64,000 nucleotides of DNA from the IMG/VR virus record IMGVR_UViG_3300026382_000010, positions 42,052-106,051 of that record; one strand, written 5' to 3'. Position numbers and translations under genes: made by a program. Numbering within the stretch: the stretch's first letter is position 1; every line of letters starts with the position of its first letter. Source of the DNA: a virus. Under the pieces are notes generated by a model. That model searched no databases. It worked only from the letters and a program-made list of their open reading frames with translations, and was not told the origin of the DNA. Positions 1 through 9,548 of this stretch are shown here, piece by piece.

Positions 1-1
1 T

Positions 2-226
2 TTAAATGCATATAAAAAACTAATTGCAAACGAGTCGATAATTAGACGTAACTACAAATTGATTGCTTTTTCTGAAATTGAAAAAAATCTACCAGTTTCA
101 ATATTAGATGAAATTGATAGTATTTTTGCAACTCAAAAGTATCCACTGACAAAAATACAAACATTGCTTTCAAAATTTGGGATTTCTACTGATTTACCTA
201 TGTTGGAAAAACTAGTTGAATCATAG
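2..226 (+). CDS. 3' end of a truncated gene, possibly a T4 RNase H-like 5'-3' exonuclease
   Basis: Open frame from the window edge to TAG at 224-226 (LNAYKKLIANESIIRRNYKLIAFSEIEKNLP...). RNYKLI resembles the RNxxLI C-terminal motif of phage RNase H/FEN proteins; product call is weak. Confidence 0.4.
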   Translation, partial: LNAYKKLIANESIIRRNYKLIAFSEIEKNLPVSILDEIDSIFATQKYPLTKIQTLLSKFGISTDLPMLEKLVES

Positions 227-254
227 AAAAAAATAAGTAAAACAGGGAGCTTCA

Positions 255-1691
255 ATGATACAAACCGTTATAGTTAAAACAACTGAAGTTATAACTGCCT
301 ATATCCTGGATAAATATGATAAACAGGATTTTAAACCTCGTGTGGAAATTGTAATCTTCTACATGATTTTCTTTGCATCGCTTCTCGTTTTATTTTTAAG
401 CAATGATAGTACTTATGCAATTTTACTTGCTTTTCTAACTGGATTTTTAACTGGTTATATGCTACTTACACTATCCGATGAACATTATCTTTCTCCTAAT
501 TTAGATGTCATCAAAAGTTTAAAGGCCCGAAAAATAATAGAGGTTGCAGATCAGTATAAGGATTTACTACCAGTTATTGAGGAAATCTCCGCAAGGAAAC
601 TCACTAAAAAAATACTAGTGATTCTAATTTCAAAGCTTGTATCCCTACTTTTAACTACACCTAGTATAAAACAAATCATCAACCGGCTTACGAAGAATTT
701 TATTGAGATTTTTGCATCCGCTAAAATAAAAGCGTTAGAGAAAATATTTGCGCGTATAGTTTATACCTATTTCATAGGTATTATCATTGGGTTTATAGGT
801 TCATGTTTATACTATTTGTATATCAAAAAAGTACCGTTTGAAAATTTACTTAAGCAAATTGCAGCTTCGTTAAAAACTCTTGTTTCCTCGAAAGCCGTAA
901 CTGCTATTGTAATTGCATTATTTTTGAAAGGAAAACAAGTTTCACAATCACAAATCAATCGTTTGGTTAAAAAATTCTTTCCCAATATTCATTTACCAGA
1001 TGATAGACTGCAAACTTATTACAGTTTAATTTTACAAAACGTCTTTGGCAAAAACATCAAAGTTAAACGCGTAATTCGTATCAATATTAATTCAAAACGT
1101 TTTGAATTGCCTATTTCCAATAAATACATTCAAAACGTCATACATGCATTTGTCAATTATGTTGTGGAAAACTTTTCAGACGATATTCATTTAGTGTATA
1201 TATTTGAAGCAAACGTAAATGCGTCAGTATACGATAAATCTACAAAAATTCTTTACGTTTATTTAAATTCTTATGAGCAAATTAATTCAATGACTAGCGA
1301 TGATTTTATCGCATATGCACTCTTTGGATACTTCTGCGTTAAAATCTTAGATACAAAGAAATATATTGGTTATTTAAAGGCTTGGTACATTGGGGTAAAT
1401 ATACTTTCAAGCATTAGCTTTAGCAATTACAAAGTTACCGTCACCGAAAGTACAATTATCAATGCAATTTTAGAAATTTCTCTTAGAGCATTTATAAATG
1501 CATTGGTTGGTTATATAAAAGCACTTTATATGCAACTCGGTTTAAAAGACTCCGTTTTATCTATGATTTTATCTGTCACAACAATAAATTTAAACGACGT
1601 ATTTAAAGGAAATTCCCTAAAGGTTGAACAAGAACTCGTCAAAAAGCTAAGTACAGCAGATATGGTCTTCAACGCATTGACATCTGTTTAA
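255..1691 (+). CDS. Hypothetical membrane/amphipathic helical protein
   Basis: 478 aa ORF, GGGAG SD, several hydrophobic segments, Ile/Leu/Lys rich. Confidence 0.7.
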   Translation: MIQTVIVKTTEVITAYILDKYDKQDFKPRVEIVIFYMIFFASLLVLFLSNDSTYAILLAFLTGFLTGYMLLTLSDEHYLSPNLDVIKSLKARKIIEVADQYKDLLPVIEEISARKLTKKILVILISKLVSLLLTTPSIKQIINRLTKNFIEIFASAKIKALEKIFARIVYTYFIGIIIGFIGSCLYYLYIKKVPFENLLKQIAASLKTLVSSKAVTAIVIALFLKGKQVSQSQINRLVKKFFPNIHLPDDRLQTYYSLILQNVFGKNIKVKRVIRININSKRFELPISNKYIQNVIHAFVNYVVENFSDDIHLVYIFEANVNASVYDKSTKILYVYLNSYEQINSMTSDDFIAYALFGYFCVKILDTKKYIGYLKAWYIGVNILSSISFSNYKVTVTESTIINAILEISLRAFINALVGYIKALYMQLGLKDSVLSMILSVTTINLNDVFKGNSLKVEQELVKKLSTADMVFNALTSV

Positions 1692-1715
1692 ATTAAATAA
1701 AAATGGAGTTTAATC

Positions 1716-2621
1716 ATGTATTCCAAGGAGTATTTCTTATATCATTTCTTCTCAACATATACTGCTCCTTCAAATTTCGATAACCTATACAACATGTATC
1801 TAGAGCTTGAACGAAGACTTATTCAAGTTAAACTCATTCATTTTAAACCAGTTAAATTCAAGCATAATCCAAATATTCCACTACGAAAAAGCCAATTTGA
1901 ATTTATCTACGGATACGAGTACGATATTTCAAATGCAGGATTTACATACATTGAGTATTTGCAACAAAATGGACTACTTTCTTTATCTGATGAACTATTA
2001 CTTTCAACATTAAAGCAAATTAAAAACAGAAAGCTTCAAAAATACTTTATGACAAAACTATTTGGATTGCTCGTTAAACAAAATCAATCTATCTACACAA
2101 ACTTCATTGAAAGCCTACAAAATTTTTGGTACTTGTTAATACGTACAAATTTACAAAATGGTTTTTCTGGAAAATGCATGCGTATTTACCTTGATGAAAT
2201 TGTATTTGATAAACCGCTGTTTATAACTTCAATTTCTTTTCCAATTCCGTATAAATTAAAACATCGGAAAATCTACTACTTTATTCAAAATCTGGCGGAG
2301 TATAATAAACAGCTAAAAATTACCGACGAGTCAATTGATATTCGTTTACCATTTTTAAATGAAAAATATTTGAAAACATTACATTCATGTATTGCAAAAG
2401 GACGTAGCGGTATTATACAATTTGATGCATTATCAAGACTAATACTATCCGATACCTGGGACGACATGTTTTTACTATACGATGAAAATGGACTTTATTA
2501 CCTTGCAAACAATGAAAAAGTTTATATCAACAATCCCAGTGAAATTCCATCAATCAAAGACGGTATGTCTTATTATCGCTATCTGAATCCTTTAAATTTA
2601 AAATGCAGAATACTATTGTAG
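1716..2621 (+). CDS. Hypothetical protein
   Basis: 301 aa ORF with GGAG SD, in an operon-like run. Confidence 0.75.
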   Translation: MYSKEYFLYHFFSTYTAPSNFDNLYNMYLELERRLIQVKLIHFKPVKFKHNPNIPLRKSQFEFIYGYEYDISNAGFTYIEYLQQNGLLSLSDELLLSTLKQIKNRKLQKYFMTKLFGLLVKQNQSIYTNFIESLQNFWYLLIRTNLQNGFSGKCMRIYLDEIVFDKPLFITSISFPIPYKLKHRKIYYFIQNLAEYNKQLKITDESIDIRLPFLNEKYLKTLHSCIAKGRSGIIQFDALSRLILSDTWDDMFLLYDENGLYYLANNEKVYINNPSEIPSIKDGMSYYRYLNPLNLKCRILL

Positions 2622-2639
2622 GTAAAAGGAGTAACTTTC

Positions 2640-2945
2640 ATGCCGCGTAGAAACCATCGGGTAATGGATTTGAGGTTTGGTTTTGGATGTGGAGCTCCAT
2701 GTATTGGTATTTCAATACTTGGATCCCATAATGTACGAACCAATCGTAAAATGCAAATGCGTTTACTTGATTTAGAAATAGCATTTTGTGTATGCGGTCC
2801 TCACCCTGGAATAATGATTACTGGTTCTGATACTGTATATGCAAATAGGCGAAAAGTTCATAGGCTATTTGATTTAGCATTTAACTTTTGTCCAGGTATT
2901 GATTGGGCAATTACTGCATCTCCAAATGTTGACTCTGGCGGATAA
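2640..2945 (+). CDS. PAAR-like spike tip protein (T4 gp5.4-like)
   Basis: 101 aa; three RxxD repeats (HRVMD, MRLLD, HRLFD), GSHNVRTN/GSDTVYAN/ASPNV strands, Cys/His ligands, C-terminal GG; AAGGAG SD. Confidence 0.8.
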   Translation: MPRRNHRVMDLRFGFGCGAPCIGISILGSHNVRTNRKMQMRLLDLEIAFCVCGPHPGIMITGSDTVYANRRKVHRLFDLAFNFCPGIDWAITASPNVDSGG

Positions 2946-2968
2946 AATAAAAAAAAGGAGGTATTAAA

Positions 2969-3487
2969 ATGAAGCCAGTATTTACTAAAGAAGAAATTCA
3001 AAAAACCATTGCATGTCTTGCAAAAGTTTTAAGTAAACATTTTGAAACCAAAAAAGTTTTAGTAGTTGGAATAATGGAGGGAGCTTTATTTTTTCTCGCT
3101 GATTTAATGCGTCAGCTTCCTGAAAATTTCACCTATTGTACCATTCATTTAAAGAGCTACGTTAGCGACGGTAACCAAGGGGAACCTAAACTTTACGACG
3201 AAAAATATCTAAAAGACGTACTTAATAAAATTGAACCTGACATAATAATTATTGCTGATGAAATTTGCGACACTGGAACTACAATCAATTATCTTAAAAC
3301 TACATTGCAGGAAATATTTGGTTTACAACCAGTGGAAATTTACACATGTGCTCTTATTGTAACCAAAACTGGAAAAGACAAAGTTGATTTCTATGGATTT
3401 GAATATACAGATGATAAATGGCTTTACGGTTACGGAATGGATTTAGATGAATGGAGGAGAAACCTCGATGAAATCTACTCAAAATAA
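2969..3487 (+). CDS. hpt: Hypoxanthine/guanine phosphoribosyltransferase family protein
   Basis: VVGIMEGALFFLADL, PRPP loop IIIADEICDTGTT, WLYGYGMD...RNL; AGGAGG SD. Confidence 0.9.
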   Translation: MKPVFTKEEIQKTIACLAKVLSKHFETKKVLVVGIMEGALFFLADLMRQLPENFTYCTIHLKSYVSDGNQGEPKLYDEKYLKDVLNKIEPDIIIIADEICDTGTTINYLKTTLQEIFGLQPVEIYTCALIVTKTGKDKVDFYGFEYTDDKWLYGYGMDLDEWRRNLDEIYSK

Positions 3488-3488
3488 C

Positions 3489-4172
3489 ATGTATCCAAAA
3501 TTATCATGTAAAACCTTTTGTAAGCTTATTTATAAAGAACTTGTAGATTTCTTTAGGAAAAATCGGGTATTTATTCCTAATCGTAAATTGCATGAACTAT
3601 ACAATCAAAACGAAGAACCATGGATGTTTGTTATCAAAGTTATCTTATCTGCACAAAGTAAAGATAAGACAGTTAACCAAGTTGCAAAAGTATTATTCCA
3701 AAAATATCCAACGCTTGAAAAATTGGCAAATGCAAAAATCGAAGACGTAGAAAGAATTATCAAACCAATTCCATTTTACAGGAAAAAAGCGGTAATGATT
3801 ATAAATGCTGCAAAAATTTTGTACAATGAATTCAATGGAAATATTCCTCATACGTATGAAGATTTGTATAAGTTACCAGGTGTTTCTCGAAAATCTGCTG
3901 CAACAATTCGCGCAATTATTCATGAAATTCCATCAATTATCGTTGATCGACATGTTATACGCGTATTAAATCGACTACGTTTTGTAAATAATGTTGAGGA
4001 TCCAATTTATGTTGAATCTCGTATTGAAAAATGTTGTCCTAAAGAAATCTGGATTCCACTATGCTTGCTTCTTATACTCTTCGGAAGATATATCTGCACA
4101 GCAAGAAACCCTCAATGCCATAGATGTCCTTTGCAAAAATATTGCTTTTACAGTCTTTCCAACAGAAAATAA
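3489..4172 (+). CDS. nth: Endonuclease III (HhH-GPD glycosylase/AP lyase, 4Fe-4S)
   Basis: ILSAQ, HhH LPGVSRKSA with catalytic Lys, VDRHV catalytic Asp, C-x6-C-x2-C-x5-C cluster motif. Start placed at the ATG just after the hpt stop. Confidence 0.92.
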   Translation: MYPKLSCKTFCKLIYKELVDFFRKNRVFIPNRKLHELYNQNEEPWMFVIKVILSAQSKDKTVNQVAKVLFQKYPTLEKLANAKIEDVERIIKPIPFYRKKAVMIINAAKILYNEFNGNIPHTYEDLYKLPGVSRKSAATIRAIIHEIPSIIVDRHVIRVLNRLRFVNNVEDPIYVESRIEKCCPKEIWIPLCLLLILFGRYICTARNPQCHRCPLQKYCFYSLSNRK

Positions 4173-4195
4173 AAAAGCAGGAAGGTATTTGTATC

Positions 4196-7100
4196 ATGGC
4201 TACATTAGATTTGTATCTTAAAGTTGCTCGGGATTTAAACTTAATTGAAAATGATGATATTCTTAGTTTGAGTCAGAATGTCCAAAAAAGTTTAGATGAG
4301 TTATGTAATATACTCGAAACATTACAATCCAAGCTCGGATTGTATAGTGTTTTATTCCCAGATCCGATTTTGACAATGATTGCCAATAGATTAATTCCAA
4401 TTCAAGCTAAATTAAAAAGTATTGAAGCTTTTTTATCAGGTCAAGCAATCTCACAGGATCTTGAAAAACTAAATGAAATAATAACCTTGCTCGAAAAAGT
4501 ATATGCTATCAAGCCACTGCTTGAAGTTTTAATCAAATATTATGAATCTCAGGAATTCGACTCGTTAAAAACTCTTTTTCAGGAAGCCCACAGTAAAGCT
4601 TTAGAAATTTTAGAAAATGATGAATTGAAAATAACATCAGACGACTTCTATACATTTTTTCCAAGCGATGCCGAAACATTGTCTTACAACTCCTACCTAC
4701 AACTAATTAAATTCCGAGATTTTCTATATACTTCGAAATCCAATTATCTAGCATTTTTACGAAAATACTTTTACAATGCTAATAAACCTTTTGATTACAT
4801 TGCTGAATTCAAAAAAGTTCTAGAGACTTTATACAACAAAGCGCTAGTACTTGATGAGCATATAGCAAGTAACAAATCCTATACAGTTGTTGCAGCATTC
4901 TTTGGTTTATGCAATCGTCTTAAAAATGCATTCGCAAACATCTATATTCCAAAATTATCAACTTTAGAACTTAAAAGTGCATACAATAAATTAAAAACGC
5001 TTATTCCAAAATTGCAGCAATTTTACTCTGAGAATAAAGATTTACAAGCATATATCTACTCGCTCACTAAATTTGATATTCCAGTTATATGGTATCCATT
5101 TTTGACAATTTATAAAGCGCTTTTACCAATTTACCAATACATTTTAGTATTACGTGAGGCTTTTCCAAAAAATGTCGTAGATTATTTACAATTGTATTAT
5201 GAAGTTGCCAGTGCTATCAATGATTTACGTAAATATCTAGAGGATGCAACAGTTTTATACAATGAATTACGTCTCGGACTACAAAATGAATTATATGCCG
5301 AATTTCTTGCAGAAATCAATAAACTAAAACAAAGCAATTTAAATACTATTGACTTACAGCTTTTAAATGAAATTGCAACGATAGTAAATTTCAATCTCGA
5401 TATTGCTCATAATGATTTATATCAACTATTTCAGGCTCAAATTTTAGCATTTTTATTCCTTCCATTTGAGTATCAGATTTCCTACGAAACATTTGACATT
5501 GCAATTTCAAATATTGAGCAAGTGTTGGAAAAATTAGATTTGCTACAATCACTTAATGCTCCATACTTCCAAACTCCAACGGTTACTCAATTTGCTCCTG
5601 TCTTCAAAATGTATCTCGATAATTTTAACGAGAGTCATCTTTCTGAATTTCCACAAATATATAGCGTACTTGAAAAATCCCTCAATCAACTTATAGATAC
5701 GCTGCATACGTATATTCATGCATTATATCCTTATGCAAATTATAGTCGTTTAGTAAATAACTTTCTCAATTATACTTCAATGTATTTTAATCCCGAGTTT
5801 ATCAGTTTTCTTGAAACTGGAGCAAATGTAGCAAGCTTTCAAATTTCATTTAAAGACATTTTATTTTCTCTTGTTGATTTAAAGAGTTATTTGGATAAGT
5901 GGCTTACTCTTGAGGAGGCTTTAAAAAATTTATATCGTAATTCAAGCGGATTTTTTGATACCGTCAAGTTAATTCAAACACAAGAAGCATTTGATGTACA
6001 AAAAGCTGAATTCTTAAATAACTTCTGGAAGGAAAGTTACAATTATTTCCGAAACCATACGCTTACACTCCATCTTGACGAATACTGCAATACAATACAT
6101 CAACTTTCAAATTTCCACGAGTGTATTTTACCACTTTCTTACCTAAATTTTGAAGCATTAGAAAAGCTAGAGCAAATTTTACAATTCTTCGATATCAATA
6201 AGATTGATAAGACTATTTCAGAGCTTTATACTTATGCAAGAAACCTTTCAAGTATAGATGTCAATTTGATTACTGATAACTATGAAAAACTTAAGGAGTT
6301 AACCCTTGAACCATTTTCGTATAACGAGTGGAATCTAATTTTAAACCAAATGTATGCTCTATCCTTTTTAAAACATGTATTGCCATATAGTGAAATAAAT
6401 TCATCTCCCGAAAATTTATACCTAACTCTAAAGCAAATTGTACGTACGGTATCTAAATTAAGCTTCATTTCTCCTAAAGTATTGGAGACTCTTGTTCAAA
6501 GTTACAATCAAAATCACTATGACATCAAGCAATTTTACCCAATCCACATAATTATTACAAACCTAAAGAGAACTCTTGCAAAATACTTTGTACATGCGCT
6601 TGGTTTAAATGATACTTACGTAGATATTATTGTTGGATCAGTTAAATCATTATCTGAACTGTATGAGGTATGCCCTACACTTGGATACAATGAAAGTAAG
6701 TTTGCAAATGCTCTCGCTCTCTTTAAAAGACTGTGCGATATCGAGAAAAAATTTGAAGCGTTATTTAAATTCTGTAATACAAGTAATTTGCCAGATACTT
6801 TAGAACTTGATACCAATGAGATTCCTAATGTCAACTATAATGCTTTAAAGCAATATATTATCTCACTATTTGAAATGCTTGATAAGGAGTGGTGGCATCT
6901 ATTTTTCGATAAAGCAAAGTATCATTATGAAGCCTTTATCCAACTTTTTGCAAATAATGTATTGAATGTAGAGTTTGAGTATGACTTTGCGTTAAGCGAT
7001 ATTGTTTTATATGAAGTAAATCCAATGTATGATTATCACGACTCTGCATTTGGTATTATCTATCTAAATGAATCGGAAGTAAGCGATGAATTACTTGGTA

Positions 7101-8902
7101 CTAATACTTATATCCTAAGTCAAGTTGTAAATTACGGATTAAATGAAATTGGATCCGACTTAGAAACCATATTGCAAGATATTCAGGAGTATCTTACGTA
7201 TTTGCAAGACATCATAAAGTTTACAGAATCATATTCATGTAAATTATTTGTGGAATTTATACAAGGTAATCGAGATTTCTTATATAGACTTCGAAACTAT
7301 AGCTCGTATTACGACTTTTATAAAGCAACTCCAAGTTTTTTAGAGGAAATAAAACTCAAAATTAATCCAAATATGCTTCCGCAACTAGCCGCAAAACTAA
7401 AATGTTACCAAGAGTATTGCGAAATTTTAAAACAGCTTCGTGATAAATTAAAACAGTGGGTTGAAACATATCCAAATCAAGAATATCTACTTGCAAGTCA
7501 ACAAATGTCTCAAATAACTTCAATCACTGACGACTTATATAATCTATTAACCCAGCTTTATGCAAATTCAAGCATTCTTACCATTATAGTACTACTTAAG
7601 CATGTATACAATTTAATTCAAACGGTTATAGAACAACTCCGACAAATTTTACAAAACCTTCTCGATTTTATTCAAGCATTCTACGATAATCTAGCAAGTA
7701 TCCTCGTGACATATTTAAATTCACTTGCTTCAAATTATCTTTTGGCATCTCTTTTATTTAATCCGAATGCATCATCAAGTTTACTTACATTGCTCGGATT
7801 AAGCTTATTTACTACATTATGTAACCAAGACGTTATAGCGCAGATAAATGAAATGTTTTCAAATTTAGCATCCGATGGAAATGTAGGTACTTTAACAGCA
7901 TATTTATACGAAAATAACTTAATCACAAAACCTGAAGTTGAGTTATTTGATGAATCTATATTTGAAACTTATCCATATCTTGAAGTAATCCAAGTTAATG
8001 AAAATTTAGCAATCGATTATAATGATTCAAAAATCACCTGGTTTAATGACAAACCAATTTTAACCTTCCGAATTTATGCAGTACATTATCATAATGATCG
8101 CAAAGTTTTACAATCACTAGGTTACGGAGTTATCGACAAGGATAATTCAATATACTTACTTGAGAAGAATCCGACATATCCAAAATTGTATCCGTGGAAT
8201 TTATATGAAATGGTATCACTTGAAAACGCATATTTCCGAGTATTACCAATCAATGAAACCTACGGTTTACTATTTAATGGAACAATTCCACTTTGTATAT
8301 ACAATTTTGAAACAAAACAAGTTTATGTGGATCAAAGTTGGAATGATGTATCCTACTTAATTCCAAAAGTTGATTTTAGTAATGCAATTGTTTCTAAGTT
8401 TTATGGCCCATTTGGGATTGCAGTAAATAAACAAGCCTACTTAACTGACAAAACCTTTAAAGACAAATCTATTTATCTGGTTGACGTAGGTTTCGGTTTT
8501 TATTTAATTGACTCCAATGGCAAGGCATTTTACGATTCCTCTATCCTTATGAATACCTATAGTCAATTGTATGTGGATCTTGACAATACGTATCAAGTTA
8601 ATAGCTATACATATTACGGAGTAAAACTGCTAACTGGCTTAAATTTGACACATGAAACATATGGTCCATTTGCTATAAAACTTGGTAATCAATGCTTTTT
8701 GGTATTTAATACATCGCTTATTGCTTCTCAAAACGTTGATCCAAAAGTTTACCTTGGTAATAATTTACTTGTAGATAATGATAAACTATGGATTGGATTT
8801 ATTAGAGGAAGCCTAAATTATATTGCCGATGAAAATCTTCATACATTAAAACTCGGTACAAAAGAATATAGTCTTAAAATTAGAGCACCCGTGTTAGCCT
8901 AA
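4196..8902 (+). CDS. Very large hypothetical protein, probably virion-associated
   Basis: About 1570 aa; ATG 4196 follows GGAAGG; long helical body with a beta-rich C-terminal domain containing a DSN motif. Confidence 0.75.
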   Translation: MATLDLYLKVARDLNLIENDDILSLSQNVQKSLDELCNILETLQSKLGLYSVLFPDPILTMIANRLIPIQAKLKSIEAFLSGQAISQDLEKLNEIITLLEKVYAIKPLLEVLIKYYESQEFDSLKTLFQEAHSKALEILENDELKITSDDFYTFFPSDAETLSYNSYLQLIKFRDFLYTSKSNYLAFLRKYFYNANKPFDYIAEFKKVLETLYNKALVLDEHIASNKSYTVVAAFFGLCNRLKNAFANIYIPKLSTLELKSAYNKLKTLIPKLQQFYSENKDLQAYIYSLTKFDIPVIWYPFLTIYKALLPIYQYILVLREAFPKNVVDYLQLYYEVASAINDLRKYLEDATVLYNELRLGLQNELYAEFLAEINKLKQSNLNTIDLQLLNEIATIVNFNLDIAHNDLYQLFQAQILAFLFLPFEYQISYETFDIAISNIEQVLEKLDLLQSLNAPYFQTPTVTQFAPVFKMYLDNFNESHLSEFPQIYSVLEKSLNQLIDTLHTYIHALYPYANYSRLVNNFLNYTSMYFNPEFISFLETGANVASFQISFKDILFSLVDLKSYLDKWLTLEEALKNLYRNSSGFFDTVKLIQTQEAFDVQKAEFLNNFWKESYNYFRNHTLTLHLDEYCNTIHQLSNFHECILPLSYLNFEALEKLEQILQFFDINKIDKTISELYTYARNLSSIDVNLITDNYEKLKELTLEPFSYNEWNLILNQMYALSFLKHVLPYSEINSSPENLYLTLKQIVRTVSKLSFISPKVLETLVQSYNQNHYDIKQFYPIHIIITNLKRTLAKYFVHALGLNDTYVDIIVGSVKSLSELYEVCPTLGYNESKFANALALFKRLCDIEKKFEALFKFCNTSNLPDTLELDTNEIPNVNYNALKQYIISLFEMLDKEWWHLFFDKAKYHYEAFIQLFANNVLNVEFEYDFALSDIVLYEVNPMYDYHDSAFGIIYLNESEVSDELLGTNTYILSQVVNYGLNEIGSDLETILQDIQEYLTYLQDIIKFTESYSCKLFVEFIQGNRDFLYRLRNYSSYYDFYKATPSFLEEIKLKINPNMLPQLAAKLKCYQEYCEILKQLRDKLKQWVETYPNQEYLLASQQMSQITSITDDLYNLLTQLYANSSILTIIVLLKHVYNLIQTVIEQLRQILQNLLDFIQAFYDNLASILVTYLNSLASNYLLASLLFNPNASSSLLTLLGLSLFTTLCNQDVIAQINEMFSNLASDGNVGTLTAYLYENNLITKPEVELFDESIFETYPYLEVIQVNENLAIDYNDSKITWFNDKPILTFRIYAVHYHNDRKVLQSLGYGVIDKDNSIYLLEKNPTYPKLYPWNLYEMVSLENAYFRVLPINETYGLLFNGTIPLCIYNFETKQVYVDQSWNDVSYLIPKVDFSNAIVSKFYGPFGIAVNKQAYLTDKTFKDKSIYLVDVGFGFYLIDSNGKAFYDSSILMNTYSQLYVDLDNTYQVNSYTYYGVKLLTGLNLTHETYGPFAIKLGNQCFLVFNTSLIASQNVDPKVYLGNNLLVDNDKLWIGFIRGSLNYIADENLHTLKLGTKEYSLKIRAPVLA

Positions 8903-8919
8903 GGAAAAGGAGGGTTATT

Positions 8920-9351
8920 ATGCAACCTATGGAAATTCCAGAGGAATTACTAAAAAAATATTCTCGTTTTATGAGACATCCTAAAGCTTTGTACTTTAAA
9001 CTGGTTCAAATTCCCTTTGAACCTGAGTTAATTGATTTATATGCTGACAAATATAGTACAATTGCATTTTGGTTGGATCAACTAGAAAAATTTCCCAAAG
9101 ATTTCCCAGAACCTCTTGCAATTTATATACAACAAGAAAAACAAAAGAGTTTGAGTTTTTTTAAACCAGGGATACATGTAGTTTTAACATCGCCTTTTCT
9201 TCCTTTTTACCGCGGTTGGATTTTAGAGGTTTTTCATACGGAAGATGCTGAAAGCTTTGCACAAACTTTACTACAATATGATATAATGGTATATGGTTAT
9301 AACGTGCATCGTATTAAAAACCTACAGTTTGAATCGCTTTTTAATTTCTAA
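8920..9351 (+). CDS. Hypothetical protein
   Basis: 143 aa ORF, GGAGG SD. Confidence 0.75.
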   Translation: MQPMEIPEELLKKYSRFMRHPKALYFKLVQIPFEPELIDLYADKYSTIAFWLDQLEKFPKDFPEPLAIYIQQEKQKSLSFFKPGIHVVLTSPFLPFYRGWILEVFHTEDAESFAQTLLQYDIMVYGYNVHRIKNLQFESLFNF

Positions 9352-9378
9352 AATCAACATTATAAAGAGGTATACCCA

Positions 9379-9522
9379 ATGAAATTCAAATCTCTACGTG
9401 AGTATTTATTGTATATGATGCAAAACAAACAACTTCCAACTGGACCGAAAGATAATTTCTCAATGTCTGAATCAGTTTCTCGCAAAATCATCCGCGTAAA
9501 TAAAAATAAGAAACAAAAATAA
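9379..9522 (+). CDS. Small basic hypothetical protein (47 aa, below the ORF-track cutoff)
   Basis: AAGAGG SD 8 nt before ATG; MKFKSLREYLLYMMQNKQLPTGPKDNFSMSESVSRKIIRVNKNKKQK; fills the gap between genes. Confidence 0.6.
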   Translation: MKFKSLREYLLYMMQNKQLPTGPKDNFSMSESVSRKIIRVNKNKKQK

Positions 9523-9548
9523 AACTGTAAAAGGAGGTACTCTTAACA

